Of a stretch of DNA of 64,000 nucleotides, positions 18,148-27,330 are shown piece after piece. Each line of letters begins with the position of its first letter. The stretch's first letter is position 1. Location: NCBI GenBank assembly GCA_002687935.1, contig NZBN01000007.1, positions 84,383 to 148,382 of the forward strand, read 5' to 3'. This stretch comes from Methanobacteriota archaeon. Lineage in GTDB: Archaea; Undinarchaeota; Undinarchaeia; Undinarchaeales; Undinarchaeaceae. Below the pieces are notes generated by a model. The model was not told where the DNA came from and did not search any database. It was given only the letters and a program-made list of their open reading frames with translations. The translations under genes and the position numbers were made by a program.

Positions 18148-18788
18148 TTTTTTCGGTTTTTCCAGTCCTCAAGGAATTTCTCAAGCCCTGCATCTGTCAG
18201 TTCGTGTTTTGCAAGATTTTCAAGAACTTTCATAGGAACTGTTGAAACATGAGCTCCTGCAAGAGCTGCCTGCAGTACATGCTCTTCACTGCGGATACTC
18301 GCTACAAGAACTTCCGTTTCAAGCCCATAATTTTGATATATCTGAACAATATCTCTGATTAGCTGCATTCCGTCTTCTCCTCTGTCATCCAGCCTTCCGA
18401 CAAAGGGACTGACATAACTTGCGCCTGCTTTTGCCGCCAGAAGTGCCTGATTTGCCGAGAAAACAAGAGTTACGTTAGTTCTTATTCCCTTTGAGCTCAG
18501 TTCCTTCGTAGCAGCCAGACCTTCAAGAGTCATAGGTATTTTTACAACAGCATTTCCTCTCAGCTTGGCTATTTCGTAGGCTTCCTTCAACATTCCCTCG
18601 GTGTCTGTGCTAATTACTTCAATACTGACTGGCCAGTCTGACTCAGAAAGTATATCTTTGACAGTTTCATCTCTTCCTTTTTCCATTTTTGCAAGAAGGG
18701 AGGGATTTGTTGTTACTCCGTCAACTATTCCGTAGGATTTTGCCTTCCGTATTTCCTCAATATCTGCGCTGTCTATAAAGAATTTCAT
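18144..18788 (-). CDS. tal: Transaldolase (short TalC/FSA-family type)
   Basis: [26 protein letters not shown]; SPF and EV residues indicate transaldolase rather than FSA. Confidence 0.92.
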   Translation of the reverse strand: MKFFIDSADIEEIRKAKSYGIVDGVTTNPSLLAKMEKGRDETVKDILSESDWPVSIEVISTDTEGMLKEAYEIAKLRGNAVVKIPMTLEGLAATKELSSKGIRTNVTLVFSANQALLAAKAGASYVSPFVGRLDDRGEDGMQLIRDIVQIYQNYGLETEVLVASIRSEEHVLQAALAGAHVSTVPMKVLENLAKHELTDAGLEKFLEDWKNRKK

Positions 18789-18797
18789 AATAATAAA

Positions 18798-19733
18798 CTA
18801 TTTTACTTCCTCTTTAACCTTTTCGGCAATACTTTCCGAGTCGAGCCCATATTTCTTATATAGCTCTTCAGGACTTCCGGATTCTCCGAAAACATCCTGG
18901 ACACCTATTCTGACAAGTCTCGTCGGGCATCTTTCAGAAAGAACTTCAGCAACTGCGCTTCCAAGTCCCCCAATTATGCTGTGGTCTTCTGCCGTTATTA
19001 TTAATTCAGTTTCATTTGCACACTTTTCTATAAGTTCGGAGTCTATCGGTTTTATTGAGGACATATTAACCACTCTTGCTGATATTCCTTCTTTTTCAAG
19101 AATTTCAGCGGCTTTCAGAGATTCAGAAACAAGAACTCCACAAGCTATTATTGTAAGGTCGTTTCCTTCTTTCAGAACACTTCCTTTTCCAATTTCGAAT
19201 TTGTAGTTCTCATCATAAATTATTGGGGTTTTATTTCTCCCAAATCTAAGATAAAATGGTCCAGGCGTTTCAGATGCAGTAATTGTTGCCGCTTCTGCTT
19301 CCACAGAATCTGCCGGAACAATGACGCGCATATTTGGAAGAGTCCTATATATTGCTATATCTTCAACTGTCTGAGCACTGGAACCGTCTTCTCCGGTGTG
19401 AAGTCCTGAGTGGCTTCCCATTACTTTAACGTCAAGGTTCTGCCTCGCGACGGAGTTTCGTATTTGCTCAAAGGCTCTCTCTGTAAATATTGCAAAGCTT
19501 GCAGCAAAAGCAACCTTTCCTTCAGCTGCCATCCCTGAGGCTGTGCAGATCATGTCCTGCTCGGAAATTCCAACATTAAACGAGCGCTCTGGGAGCTCTC
19601 GTTTAAATTCAGCGGTTTTGCAGGAGGCTCCAAGATCGGCTTCAAGAGAAACAACATTGTCGTTCTTCTTTCCTGCCACCAGTAGGCCTCTCCCATATCC
19701 TGTTCTAGTTGCTTCGACTGCTTCAGAGCTCAT
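18798..19733 (-). CDS. tktC: Transketolase C-terminal subunit
   Basis: TRTGYG, FNVGISEQDM, GEDGSSAQ, EDHSIIGGLGSAVAE. Confidence 0.93.
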   Translation of the reverse strand: MSSEAVEATRTGYGRGLLVAGKKNDNVVSLEADLGASCKTAEFKRELPERSFNVGISEQDMICTASGMAAEGKVAFAASFAIFTERAFEQIRNSVARQNLDVKVMGSHSGLHTGEDGSSAQTVEDIAIYRTLPNMRVIVPADSVEAEAATITASETPGPFYLRFGRNKTPIIYDENYKFEIGKGSVLKEGNDLTIIACGVLVSESLKAAEILEKEGISARVVNMSSIKPIDSELIEKCANETELIITAEDHSIIGGLGSAVAEVLSERCPTRLVRIGVQDVFGESGSPEELYKKYGLDSESIAEKVKEEVK

Positions 19734-20536
19734 TTTAGTTCCTCCATTGCTGTTTTAAATTCTTCATCACTCGGAGCCATTCCGTGGAATTTAGGATTCA
19801 GTTCCATAAATGATACTCCATATCCTTTCTTGGTATTCGCTATAATTGCTACAGGTCCGTCAAGCTTTTTTGCCTCTTCCAATGCTGAAAGTATCTCTTC
19901 AAAATCGTGTCCGTCCTCCACTTTTATTGTATGCCAATTGAAGGACTTCCATTTTTCTGTGAATGAGCAAAGGCTCTTTGTTTTTTTCACAAAGTCATCA
20001 TTCTGAATTTGATTCCTGTCAATAATTGCTATGAGGTTCTGTGTTTTCATATGTCCTGCAGTCATTGCAGCTTCCCAAACTTGTCCCTCTTGACATTCTC
20101 CGTCTCCGAGAAAGGCGTAAACATAGTGATTTTTCTTATTCAGATCTCTTGCAAGTGCCATGCCGTGAGCAAAGGACAGTCCCATGCCGAGAGAGCCGGC
20201 GGACATTTCAACTCCCGGAACTGTGATGTCAGAATGCCCCTGTAAAAGTCCTCCAAGCTTTCTAAAATTCTTAAATTCACTTTTCGGAAAGAAGCCCAGG
20301 TCTCCGAGAATCGCATACAAAACTGGGCAGGCGTGACCCTTACTATATATTATCCTGTCCCGACTTTCGTCCTTTGGATTCGTCGGATTTACTTTTGCTG
20401 CATTATAATATAGTGAGCAAAGAAGTTCTACTGCAGAAAGTGAACCTCCGGGGTGGCCACACTTTGCATCGTAGACCATCTGAACAATGTCTCTTCGTAC
20501 TTGCTTCGCCTTCTCCTTCAAAGCATCAATTTCCAT
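19730..20536 (-). CDS. tktN: Transketolase N-terminal subunit
   Basis: GHPGGSLS, SKGHA, LQGH, GDGECQEG TPP motif. Confidence 0.94.
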   Translation of the reverse strand: MEIDALKEKAKQVRRDIVQMVYDAKCGHPGGSLSAVELLCSLYYNAAKVNPTNPKDESRDRIIYSKGHACPVLYAILGDLGFFPKSEFKNFRKLGGLLQGHSDITVPGVEMSAGSLGMGLSFAHGMALARDLNKKNHYVYAFLGDGECQEGQVWEAAMTAGHMKTQNLIAIIDRNQIQNDDFVKKTKSLCSFTEKWKSFNWHTIKVEDGHDFEEILSALEEAKKLDGPVAIIANTKKGYGVSFMELNPKFHGMAPSDEEFKTAMEELK

Positions 20537-21185
20537 TACTTTCTCCCTTCATTTTAATTATGGCTCCAAGAGGGTCGTCAGAGCCAAATATTGCAGAGCC
20601 AGCAATTAATATATCTGCTCCAACTTCAATAATTTTTGGCGCTGTCTCTATATTTACTCCCCCGTCAACGGCTATTTCAAATTGAAAATCATTTTCCTTC
20701 CTCAACTTTTTCAATTCTTCAATCTTCGGAAGAGCTTCCGGCATAAAAAATTGTCCTCCAAATCCTGGATTTACTGACATAACAAGAACCTGCCCGACAG
20801 AGCCGAGATAGCTCTCTATTTCCGAAACTGGCGTTTCCGGATTTATTGAAATTCCTGATCTTTTATTATGGTCTTTTATATCTTGAAGAGGCTTTCCGTC
20901 CTTTATTGTTTCAGTATGTACTATTATAGTATCTGAACCTGCGAGAGCAAAAGCTTCAATATACTTTTCAGGATTTTCTATCATCAAATGCGTGTCAAGT
21001 CGCATCTCCGTAAATTTTCTTACTGACTCAACGACAGGAACACCTATCGATATGTTTGGAACAAAATGACCGTCCATAACATCTATATGAAGTAAGTCTG
21101 TATGCTGTTCTACTATTCCTATATCCTTCCCTAAATTGGCGAAGTCAGCCGAAAGTATGGAAGGCGCTATCTTAATTTCTGCCAT
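20526..21185 (-). CDS. rpe: Ribulose-phosphate 3-epimerase
   Basis: IAPSILSADF, HIDVMDGHFVPN, MSVNPGFGGQ, VDGG. Start moved to ATG 21185. Confidence 0.95.
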   Translation of the reverse strand: MAEIKIAPSILSADFANLGKDIGIVEQHTDLLHIDVMDGHFVPNISIGVPVVESVRKFTEMRLDTHLMIENPEKYIEAFALAGSDTIIVHTETIKDGKPLQDIKDHNKRSGISINPETPVSEIESYLGSVGQVLVMSVNPGFGGQFFMPEALPKIEELKKLRKENDFQFEIAVDGGVNIETAPKIIEVGADILIAGSAIFGSDDPLGAIIKMKGESNGN

Positions 21186-21249
21186 TTCCCGTGATTGTTG
21201 GGGGAAGCTCCTATATATTATTGATGTTAGGCTTTCAATAAAATATTTA

Positions 21250-21537
21250 TACCTCGACGGAAATGGCCTCAATGACCTAAGAGTAAGTCTCTTGGGTATA
21301 AGTGAGTCTGGAAAAGCTGATTTGAAGTTTGAGATTCTCGAGGAAACAAGTCCGACATCAGCTCCTACAGAGGCTCCGTCAGCTGAAGATCTAGAAGAGG
21401 AAGTAGCCGAAGAGCCAGCCTCTGAACCTGTAACAAGTCCGGCAGAAGAGGAGCCAGTACCTTCCTCCTTACTGTGGATATTCGGAATAGTTTTGGTCGC
21501 AGCACTCTTCCTTTACTGGAAAACACAGAAGAAATAA
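21250..21537 (+). pseudogene. Orphan C-terminal fragment of a membrane-anchored surface protein
   Basis: LDGNGLNDLRVSL strand, acidic Pro-rich linker, TM helix and KTQKK tail; no in-frame start codon or signal peptide outside the rpe gene. Confidence 0.55.
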
Positions 21538-21578
21538 TCTGATTTAAAAATAATATTATTAAAAAGTCTCAGCTAGAC

Positions 21579-21809
21579 TTATTCTGAACTTTCTTTAGCT
21601 TCCTCTGCAGGCTTTTTTCCCTTCTCTTCAGGACTATCTTCTTCTTTAGGTTTGTTTGGGAACTCTGTATATCCGCAGGCTCCGCAGGACTCTCTGTCTG
21701 CGTGCTTAGCTAAGAATATTCCTGGTCCGCATCGTGGACAAATCTTATTCTTCCTTGAGACACCTTCTGATGTATCGTAAAGTTCGTGCTTATTCCTCTT
21801 CTGCGGCAT
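21579..21809 (-). CDS. rps27ae: Ribosomal protein eS31 (S27ae)
   Basis: [26 protein letters not shown]. Confidence 0.95.
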   Translation of the reverse strand: MPQKRNKHELYDTSEGVSRKNKICPRCGPGIFLAKHADRESCGACGYTEFPNKPKEEDSPEEKGKKPAEEAKESSE

Positions 21810-22212
21810 TTTCTGCCTCCTTTGCCTCTTCTACAGGCTTTTCATCAGCTGGAGCGTCTTCTTTGCTTTCTTCAGTTTCCTTTGGAGCCTCTTCTTTTGG
21901 TGTTTCTTCAGATGTCGCAGAAGGCGGTTCCTCAGATTCTGGTTTTTCTTCTACAGCCTTTGTCTCTCCTTCGTATTGCTTCAAAATATCTTCTGAATTA
22001 TAAACATCAACACGAGCAATTGAGTGCTTTGCACCGTAGACTTGGTTTATTTGCTGTATAACCATGAGACCTTCTTCGCATTTTAGAGCCTTGCACACCT
22101 CAGGAATAAGACTTTCCTTGCTTGCAGTAGGTCCTGGATTCTCTACAAGTATCTCGTACTCCTTCCTGCCTATAAGTTTGTTCTCTTTCTCATTAAGAAT
22201 TTTAAGATTCAT
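21790..22212 (-). CDS. rps24e: Ribosomal protein eS24 with acidic tail
   Basis: ENKLIGRKE...YG...VYNS core; conserved position upstream of S27ae. Confidence 0.88.
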   Translation of the reverse strand: MNLKILNEKENKLIGRKEYEILVENPGPTASKESLIPEVCKALKCEEGLMVIQQINQVYGAKHSIARVDVYNSEDILKQYEGETKAVEEKPESEEPPSATSEETPKEEAPKETEESKEDAPADEKPVEEAKEAENAAEEE

Positions 22213-22391
22213 TGCACGCTAAGGGCATATTCGCCCTTCTCCTTTATTCCCAGTTTTTCGGCTACTACAGATTTCTCTGGGTTTATGATTATGACAAGTC
22301 CGTTCCACCTGCTTGAAAAGTCTGTTGCTCCGCAGGCGACACAAACATTGCTTTCATTCAGTCTGCTGCAGGCTTTACATGCCTTACTCAT
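22209..22391 (-). CDS. spt4: Transcription elongation factor Spt4 (RpoE'')
   Basis: ACKAC...CVACG...WNGLVIIINPEKS..A..LGI...GEYAL. Confidence 0.95.
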   Translation of the reverse strand: MSKACKACSRLNESNVCVACGATDFSSRWNGLVIIINPEKSVVAEKLGIKEKGEYALSVQ

Positions 22392-22972
22392 TTCTTTGCC
22401 CCCTTCTTGGGAGTTTTAACTTTCTTTTCTGTTGGTTCTTCTTTCTGATTTATCCAGTCCAATTTTCCAAGACCTGGCTGTCTCATTGTAAGTCCTATTT
22501 TATTTTCCTTTGCCTTCTTCAGACTTATTGTAACTATTCTTGCTCTTACCTTGTCTCCGTTTTCAAGTGTTTTCTTTGATTCCTTACCCATAAACCTCTG
22601 TCCCTTCTCATCGTAGTTCAGATAATCATCAGTTATCTGCGAAACGTGAACAAGTCCGTCAAGAGGTCCAAGTCTTACAAAGGCTCCGAACTCAACTATT
22701 TCTATTACATCCCCTTCAACGATTTCCTGAAGCTCGGGTTTGTATGTAAGTGCTCTGAAGCTGGCATTATAATATGCGGCTCCGTCTCCGGGTATAACAC
22801 GACCGATTCCGTCGCTTTTTACATCAAGAACAGTGATAAGAGAGCCGATTTCTCTGTCTAGTTTTCCTTCATACTGCTCAGCCAGAATCTTCTTTAATGT
22901 TACTTCAAGTTCCTCATTGAAGTGCTCCGCTGGAACTCTTACCATGTCCTCTATTCTTACTATTTGGTACAT
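22388..22972 (-). CDS. rpoE1: RNA polymerase subunit Rpo7 (E')
   Basis: VRVP, GRVIPGDGAAY, S1 domain FGAFVRLGPLDGLVHVSQI, LTMRQPGLGK. Confidence 0.96.
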   Translation of the reverse strand: MYQIVRIEDMVRVPAEHFNEELEVTLKKILAEQYEGKLDREIGSLITVLDVKSDGIGRVIPGDGAAYYNASFRALTYKPELQEIVEGDVIEIVEFGAFVRLGPLDGLVHVSQITDDYLNYDEKGQRFMGKESKKTLENGDKVRARIVTISLKKAKENKIGLTMRQPGLGKLDWINQKEEPTEKKVKTPKKGAKK

Positions 22973-24960
22973 TATATCAGTGAATGCGCAAGCACGAGCC
23001 CAATCTCAAGAAGTGCAACCATGTTGACAACCTTGATGAGGGGGTTTATTGCAGGTCCTGCTGTATCTTTTGTTGGGTCTCCAACAGTATCTCCTACAAC
23101 AGCTGCTTTGTGTGCTTCAGATCCCTTTCCTCCGTAATTTCCGTCCTCTATATACTTTTTGGCATTGTCCCATGCCGCCCCTGAACTTGTCATAAAGAGT
23201 GCTAGGAGTAGACCTGAAACAATAACTCCTACTAACATTGCTCCGAGTGTGATGGGTCCTAGAAGGAAACCGACAGCTATTGGAGCTCCAACTGCAATTA
23301 CTGCAGGCAGTGCCATCTTCTTTATTGCTGCCTGTGTTACTATATCAACACATTTTCCATATTCTGGCTTTGCAGTTCTTTTCATTATTCCCTTTATTTC
23401 TCTGAACTGCCTTCTAACTTCATTTACTATTGAGAATGCTGCCTCTCCGACTGCCTTCATCAGAAGTGAAGAGAATATGAAGGGTAGTACAGCTCCTATA
23501 AAGAGCCCAACAATCACGCGTGGGTCATTCAGACTGAATACAAATGTAGTTGATGTGTGTAGTGCTATTTCTTCTGTATATGCAGCAAACAATACAAGTG
23601 CTGCAAGAGCAGCTGAGCCAATTGCATATCCCTTTGTAACAGCCTTTGTTGTATTTCCTACTGAGTCAAGAGCGTCTGTTATGTTTCTTACTCTTGAAGG
23701 AAGGCCTGACATTTCTGCAATTCCTCCTGCATTGTCAGTTATTGGACCATATGAATCTATAGCGACTACAATTCCTGTGAATGAAAGCATTGCCATCGCA
23801 GCTATTGCAATTCCATAAATTCCTGCTGCAGAATAGGCTATCATAATTCCTGCAGATATTACAAGAACTGGAACAAGAGTTGCTTCAAGACCGACTGCCA
23901 TACCACTTATCAAGTTTGTTGCAGCCCCTGTCTGAGATGCCTTTGCTATGGACTGGACTGGTCTGAAATTTGCTGATGTGTAATAATCTGTTATAAACAT
24001 TATTGCGAATGTAACACCGAGACCTACAAGTGAGGCAATGAAGAGTCCTATGTCATTCATCACGTACTTAGTTATTGCATAGAAAAGTACGACTGCGATT
24101 ATTCCTGTTGCGATGACTCCCTTGTAGAGTGCACGCATTATATGCTTCTTGCTATCTGTTTTTACAAAGTATGTTCCTGCAATAGATGCGAAAATTCCCC
24201 CTGCACCAAGAACCATTGGATAGAGTACAGCATTTGCACCTTCAAAGAGTAGAGTTCCCAAAAGCATTGCACTTATTGCTGTTACTGCATAAGTCTCAAA
24301 TAGGTCAGCTCCCATTCCTGCACAGTCTCCAACATTGTCTCCAACATTGTCAGCTATAACTGCAGGGTTCCTTGGATCATCTTCAGGTATTCCCGCTTCA
24401 ATCTTTCCGACCATGTCTGCTCCGACATCTGCGGCCTTTGTAAATATTCCTCCGCCAACTCGGGCAAACAAACTAACTAGTGATGCTCCAAAACCAAAAC
24501 CAATAAGAAGTGCAGCTTCTCCGAACCACATATAGAATCCACTGATTCCAAGAAGTCCAAGACCAACAACTGCCATTCCAGTTACTGCTCCTCCTCGGAA
24601 AGCTACTGCAAGTGCATTTTTCAATCCAGATTTTGCAGCAGATGCTGTCCGTACATTTGCGGCAACAGATATTGCCATTCCTATATATCCTGCAAGGGCG
24701 GACATAATTGCTCCGGCAACGAAGCCGACTGCGGTCTGCCAGTTAAGGAAGTAATATAATATTGGTGCTATAAGTGCTGTGAAAATTGTGATGGTTCTGT
24801 ACTGTCTGTTCAGATATGCCATTGCACCCTCACTTATGGCGGATGCTATCTCCTGCATTTTTGGAGTGCCCTTATTGCACTTCCTTACATCAAGTACAAG
24901 GTAGGCTGCAAAAAGCAATCCTGAAATCGCCGCTAGTGGTGCTACATATATTATGCTCAT
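22972..24960 (-). CDS. hppA: Membrane-bound pyrophosphatase, K+-independent (H+-pumping) type
   Basis: [40 protein letters not shown] (Lys), [14 protein letters not shown]. Confidence 0.96.
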   Translation of the reverse strand: MSIIYVAPLAAISGLLFAAYLVLDVRKCNKGTPKMQEIASAISEGAMAYLNRQYRTITIFTALIAPILYYFLNWQTAVGFVAGAIMSALAGYIGMAISVAANVRTASAAKSGLKNALAVAFRGGAVTGMAVVGLGLLGISGFYMWFGEAALLIGFGFGASLVSLFARVGGGIFTKAADVGADMVGKIEAGIPEDDPRNPAVIADNVGDNVGDCAGMGADLFETYAVTAISAMLLGTLLFEGANAVLYPMVLGAGGIFASIAGTYFVKTDSKKHIMRALYKGVIATGIIAVVLFYAITKYVMNDIGLFIASLVGLGVTFAIMFITDYYTSANFRPVQSIAKASQTGAATNLISGMAVGLEATLVPVLVISAGIMIAYSAAGIYGIAIAAMAMLSFTGIVVAIDSYGPITDNAGGIAEMSGLPSRVRNITDALDSVGNTTKAVTKGYAIGSAALAALVLFAAYTEEIALHTSTTFVFSLNDPRVIVGLFIGAVLPFIFSSLLMKAVGEAAFSIVNEVRRQFREIKGIMKRTAKPEYGKCVDIVTQAAIKKMALPAVIAVGAPIAVGFLLGPITLGAMLVGVIVSGLLLALFMTSSGAAWDNAKKYIEDGNYGGKGSEAHKAAVVGDTVGDPTKDTAGPAINPLIKVVNMVALLEIGLVLAHSLI

Positions 24961-25021
24961 TGGTACATCTTAGTCTAAAGAACTCTTTTCTAATATTACG
25001 CGTAATATATAAGCCTTATGC

Positions 25022-25429
25022 TCAAGCCTTCGGGTGCCTCGATTTCTTGGGATATTTTTTCTGGCTGATGTAAATAGTAAGTATATTCCGTTTTTTTGCC
25101 CTGTCTCGAAGTCCGCGGTCATTGGTATATATATAGGCGCCTCGTTCCTGTGCAAAGGAAAGTATGGCACTGTCAACAGTTCTCTGTCCTTTATTGGCTT
25201 CAACGATTTTTGCTTTTTTAATTATCTGATTCAGCGCAAGTTTTGCTGCGGCCTTTGTCTGACCTCGCCCTTTCTCAGAAAGTTTTTTCACTTCTTCGAC
25301 AACGAAGCTAGGAATTATAGCATCATAGCTCCCTAGGAAATGTTCAAGGTCACTGAAAATATCTCTGCCTCCTTTCTTTCCCGGAATCAGAAGGGCATTC
25401 GTATCCAGAACAACTTTATTGACTTTCAT
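25022..25429 (-). CDS. PIN-domain protein (Fcf1/Utp23-like)
   Basis: VVLDTNALL, VD..IL, YTNDRGLR; conserved position after eif2g. Confidence 0.85.
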   Translation of the reverse strand: MKVNKVVLDTNALLIPGKKGGRDIFSDLEHFLGSYDAIIPSFVVEEVKKLSEKGRGQTKAAAKLALNQIIKKAKIVEANKGQRTVDSAILSFAQERGAYIYTNDRGLRDRAKKRNILTIYISQKKYPKKSRHPKA

Positions 25430-25465
25430 ATTGCTAATTAAGTTTGTTACTTATAAAAAATATTC

Positions 25466-26668
25466 CTATCGTACTATTCCATAGCCAATAAGTCGCCATC
25501 TTGAGCCATATCTTCTTGCTATTGTTATACGGCCTCCTGTTTCTACACAGGCGGGGAATTTGAACTTGAATTCATACTGCCCCTTCTTTCCACCTGATTG
25601 CACTATTCCTACATTCGTTGAGGTTCCTATGTTTAGCATCAGAGGCTCGTGCTTTGAAAGTGGCTTAATTTCAAGCTCCTCTTCAGAGCCGACAGCTCTG
25701 TCCAGCAGATGAACTTCCATACTCACAGTTTTTACGGATTCAGTAAGACTTCCCCTATTTCCGACTATTCGTCCGGCCATTTTATCTGATTTTGTCAGGC
25801 TTGGGTCCAAGCCAGTTTCAATTCCAAAAGTTCCACCCCTTTCAACTACTTTAACTTCGTCTCCTCCTGACGTCAGCTTGATTATTTCTGTGCTTACAAA
25901 TTTTCCGTCTCGGCTTGGTCCAATATCAATTTCATCTCCGACTTTTAGAACTCCTTCAACAAGAGCTCCTCCTATTACACCGCCCTTCATTTTAACCGGG
26001 TCAGAACCTGGCTTGTTTATGTCGAATGAGCGGGCAATGTACATCCTCGGTTTCTTACCTTTCTTAGATTCTGCTGTTGGAATGCTTTCTTGAATAGTTT
26101 CGATTAAAGAATCTATATTAGTTCCCAGTTCTGCTGAAACCGGTATTATCGGGGCATTCTCGGCGACTGTACCTTTAACAAATTCCTGTATCTGTTTATA
26201 ATTTTCAATAGCCTGCGCCTCTGTAACTAAGTCTATTTTATTCTGAACAATTATTATGTTCCGTATTCCAACAATGTCGAGTGCCATTAAATGTTCCTTT
26301 GTCTGTGGCTGAGGACAGTCTTCACTTGCTGAAACAAGAAGAAGTGCTCCGTCCATAATTGAAGCTCCTGAAAGCATAGTTGCCATGAGGGTTTCGTGCC
26401 CCGGGGCGTCAACAAAACTTACTGAGCGAAGCTTAGTCGCGTTGCCCTTGCAATTTTCGTCCTTCTCCGTAGGGGTGTAAAAAACATTTCCTTTCTTATC
26501 TTTGCATTTGTAAAATGTCGCGTCGGCATACCCAAGCCGGATTGTAATTCCTCTCTTAAGTTCCTCAGAATGTCTGTCTGTCCAGACACCTGTCAGTCTC
26601 TTTGTAAGTGTAGTTTTGCCGTGATCAACATGTCCCACAAGCCCAATAGTAAGTTCAGGGAGCGACAC
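25466..26668 (-). CDS. eif2g: Translation initiation factor 2 gamma subunit
   Basis: GHVDHGKT, RGITIRLGYA, DAPGHE, QNKID, RWRLIGYG. Confidence 0.97.
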   Translation of the reverse strand: MSLPELTIGLVGHVDHGKTTLTKRLTGVWTDRHSEELKRGITIRLGYADATFYKCKDKKGNVFYTPTEKDENCKGNATKLRSVSFVDAPGHETLMATMLSGASIMDGALLLVSASEDCPQPQTKEHLMALDIVGIRNIIIVQNKIDLVTEAQAIENYKQIQEFVKGTVAENAPIIPVSAELGTNIDSLIETIQESIPTAESKKGKKPRMYIARSFDINKPGSDPVKMKGGVIGGALVEGVLKVGDEIDIGPSRDGKFVSTEIIKLTSGGDEVKVVERGGTFGIETGLDPSLTKSDKMAGRIVGNRGSLTESVKTVSMEVHLLDRAVGSEEELEIKPLSKHEPLMLNIGTSTNVGIVQSGGKKGQYEFKFKFPACVETGGRITIARRYGSRWRLIGYGIVR

Positions 26669-26671
26669 TAA

Positions 26672-27250
26672 TCAGCCCTCCACGGCCTTTTCGTCGCTTT
26701 CTTCCTCTGCGTTTTCTGAACTTTCTTCCTCTTTTTCCTCAGAAGCTTCTCCCGTCTTCTTTTCTTCAACGGGTGCTTTTCCTTTCTCTTCTGCTGGTTC
26801 TTCAGCCTTTTCCTCAGCTGAAGCTTTCTCAGCTTTTCCTTCAACATTTGTCTCAGTTGCTCCTTCTTCAGCAGGCGCCTCTTCAGCCGCCGGTGCGAGA
26901 AGTTTGTCCAAAGGCTCCTTACCTTCTTTGACTATTTTTGTGTTAAGCTGAACAATATTTCCTGAAACAATGGTTCCGTGAACTCTCTTCTTTCTTCTTT
27001 CTCCCTTCCTCTTTGCTCTGAATCCTGTGCTATTTGAAAGGAGAAGTTTTCTAGAAGTGGCTCCGGAAACATCACGCCTCATTGGAGTGCCACTGGCATC
27101 TGAACCTCCAGTTATTTCAAGTTCGTATCCTGCCAGGTTCAATACTTCGCCCTTTACTGCGTCTCCTACTTTCTTCCCAGTAAAATTGCTTATATCTGTT
27201 TCAACAGAGTAAGTTTTTCCTGTCTTTGTATTCCCAATAACAACTTTCAT
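26672..27250 (-). CDS. rps6e: Ribosomal protein eS6 with long acidic tail
   Basis: ITGGSDASGTPMRRDV, GFRAKRKGERRKKRVHG. Confidence 0.94.
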   Translation of the reverse strand: MKVVIGNTKTGKTYSVETDISNFTGKKVGDAVKGEVLNLAGYELEITGGSDASGTPMRRDVSGATSRKLLLSNSTGFRAKRKGERRKKRVHGTIVSGNIVQLNTKIVKEGKEPLDKLLAPAAEEAPAEEGATETNVEGKAEKASAEEKAEEPAEEKGKAPVEEKKTGEASEEKEEESSENAEEESDEKAVEG

Positions 27251-27330
27251 AGTAACTCCCTAAAAGGTGGTGTACTGCTTAATAACCTTTGTGCTATTTA
27301 AGGATTGTGAGCTTGTTCGCTTTTCCCTTT

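Noticed and set aside
26440-26520. aIF2-gamma zinc knuckle reduced to two Cys
   Set aside because: Zinc-site degeneration is known to vary in this family; no evidence of functional novelty.
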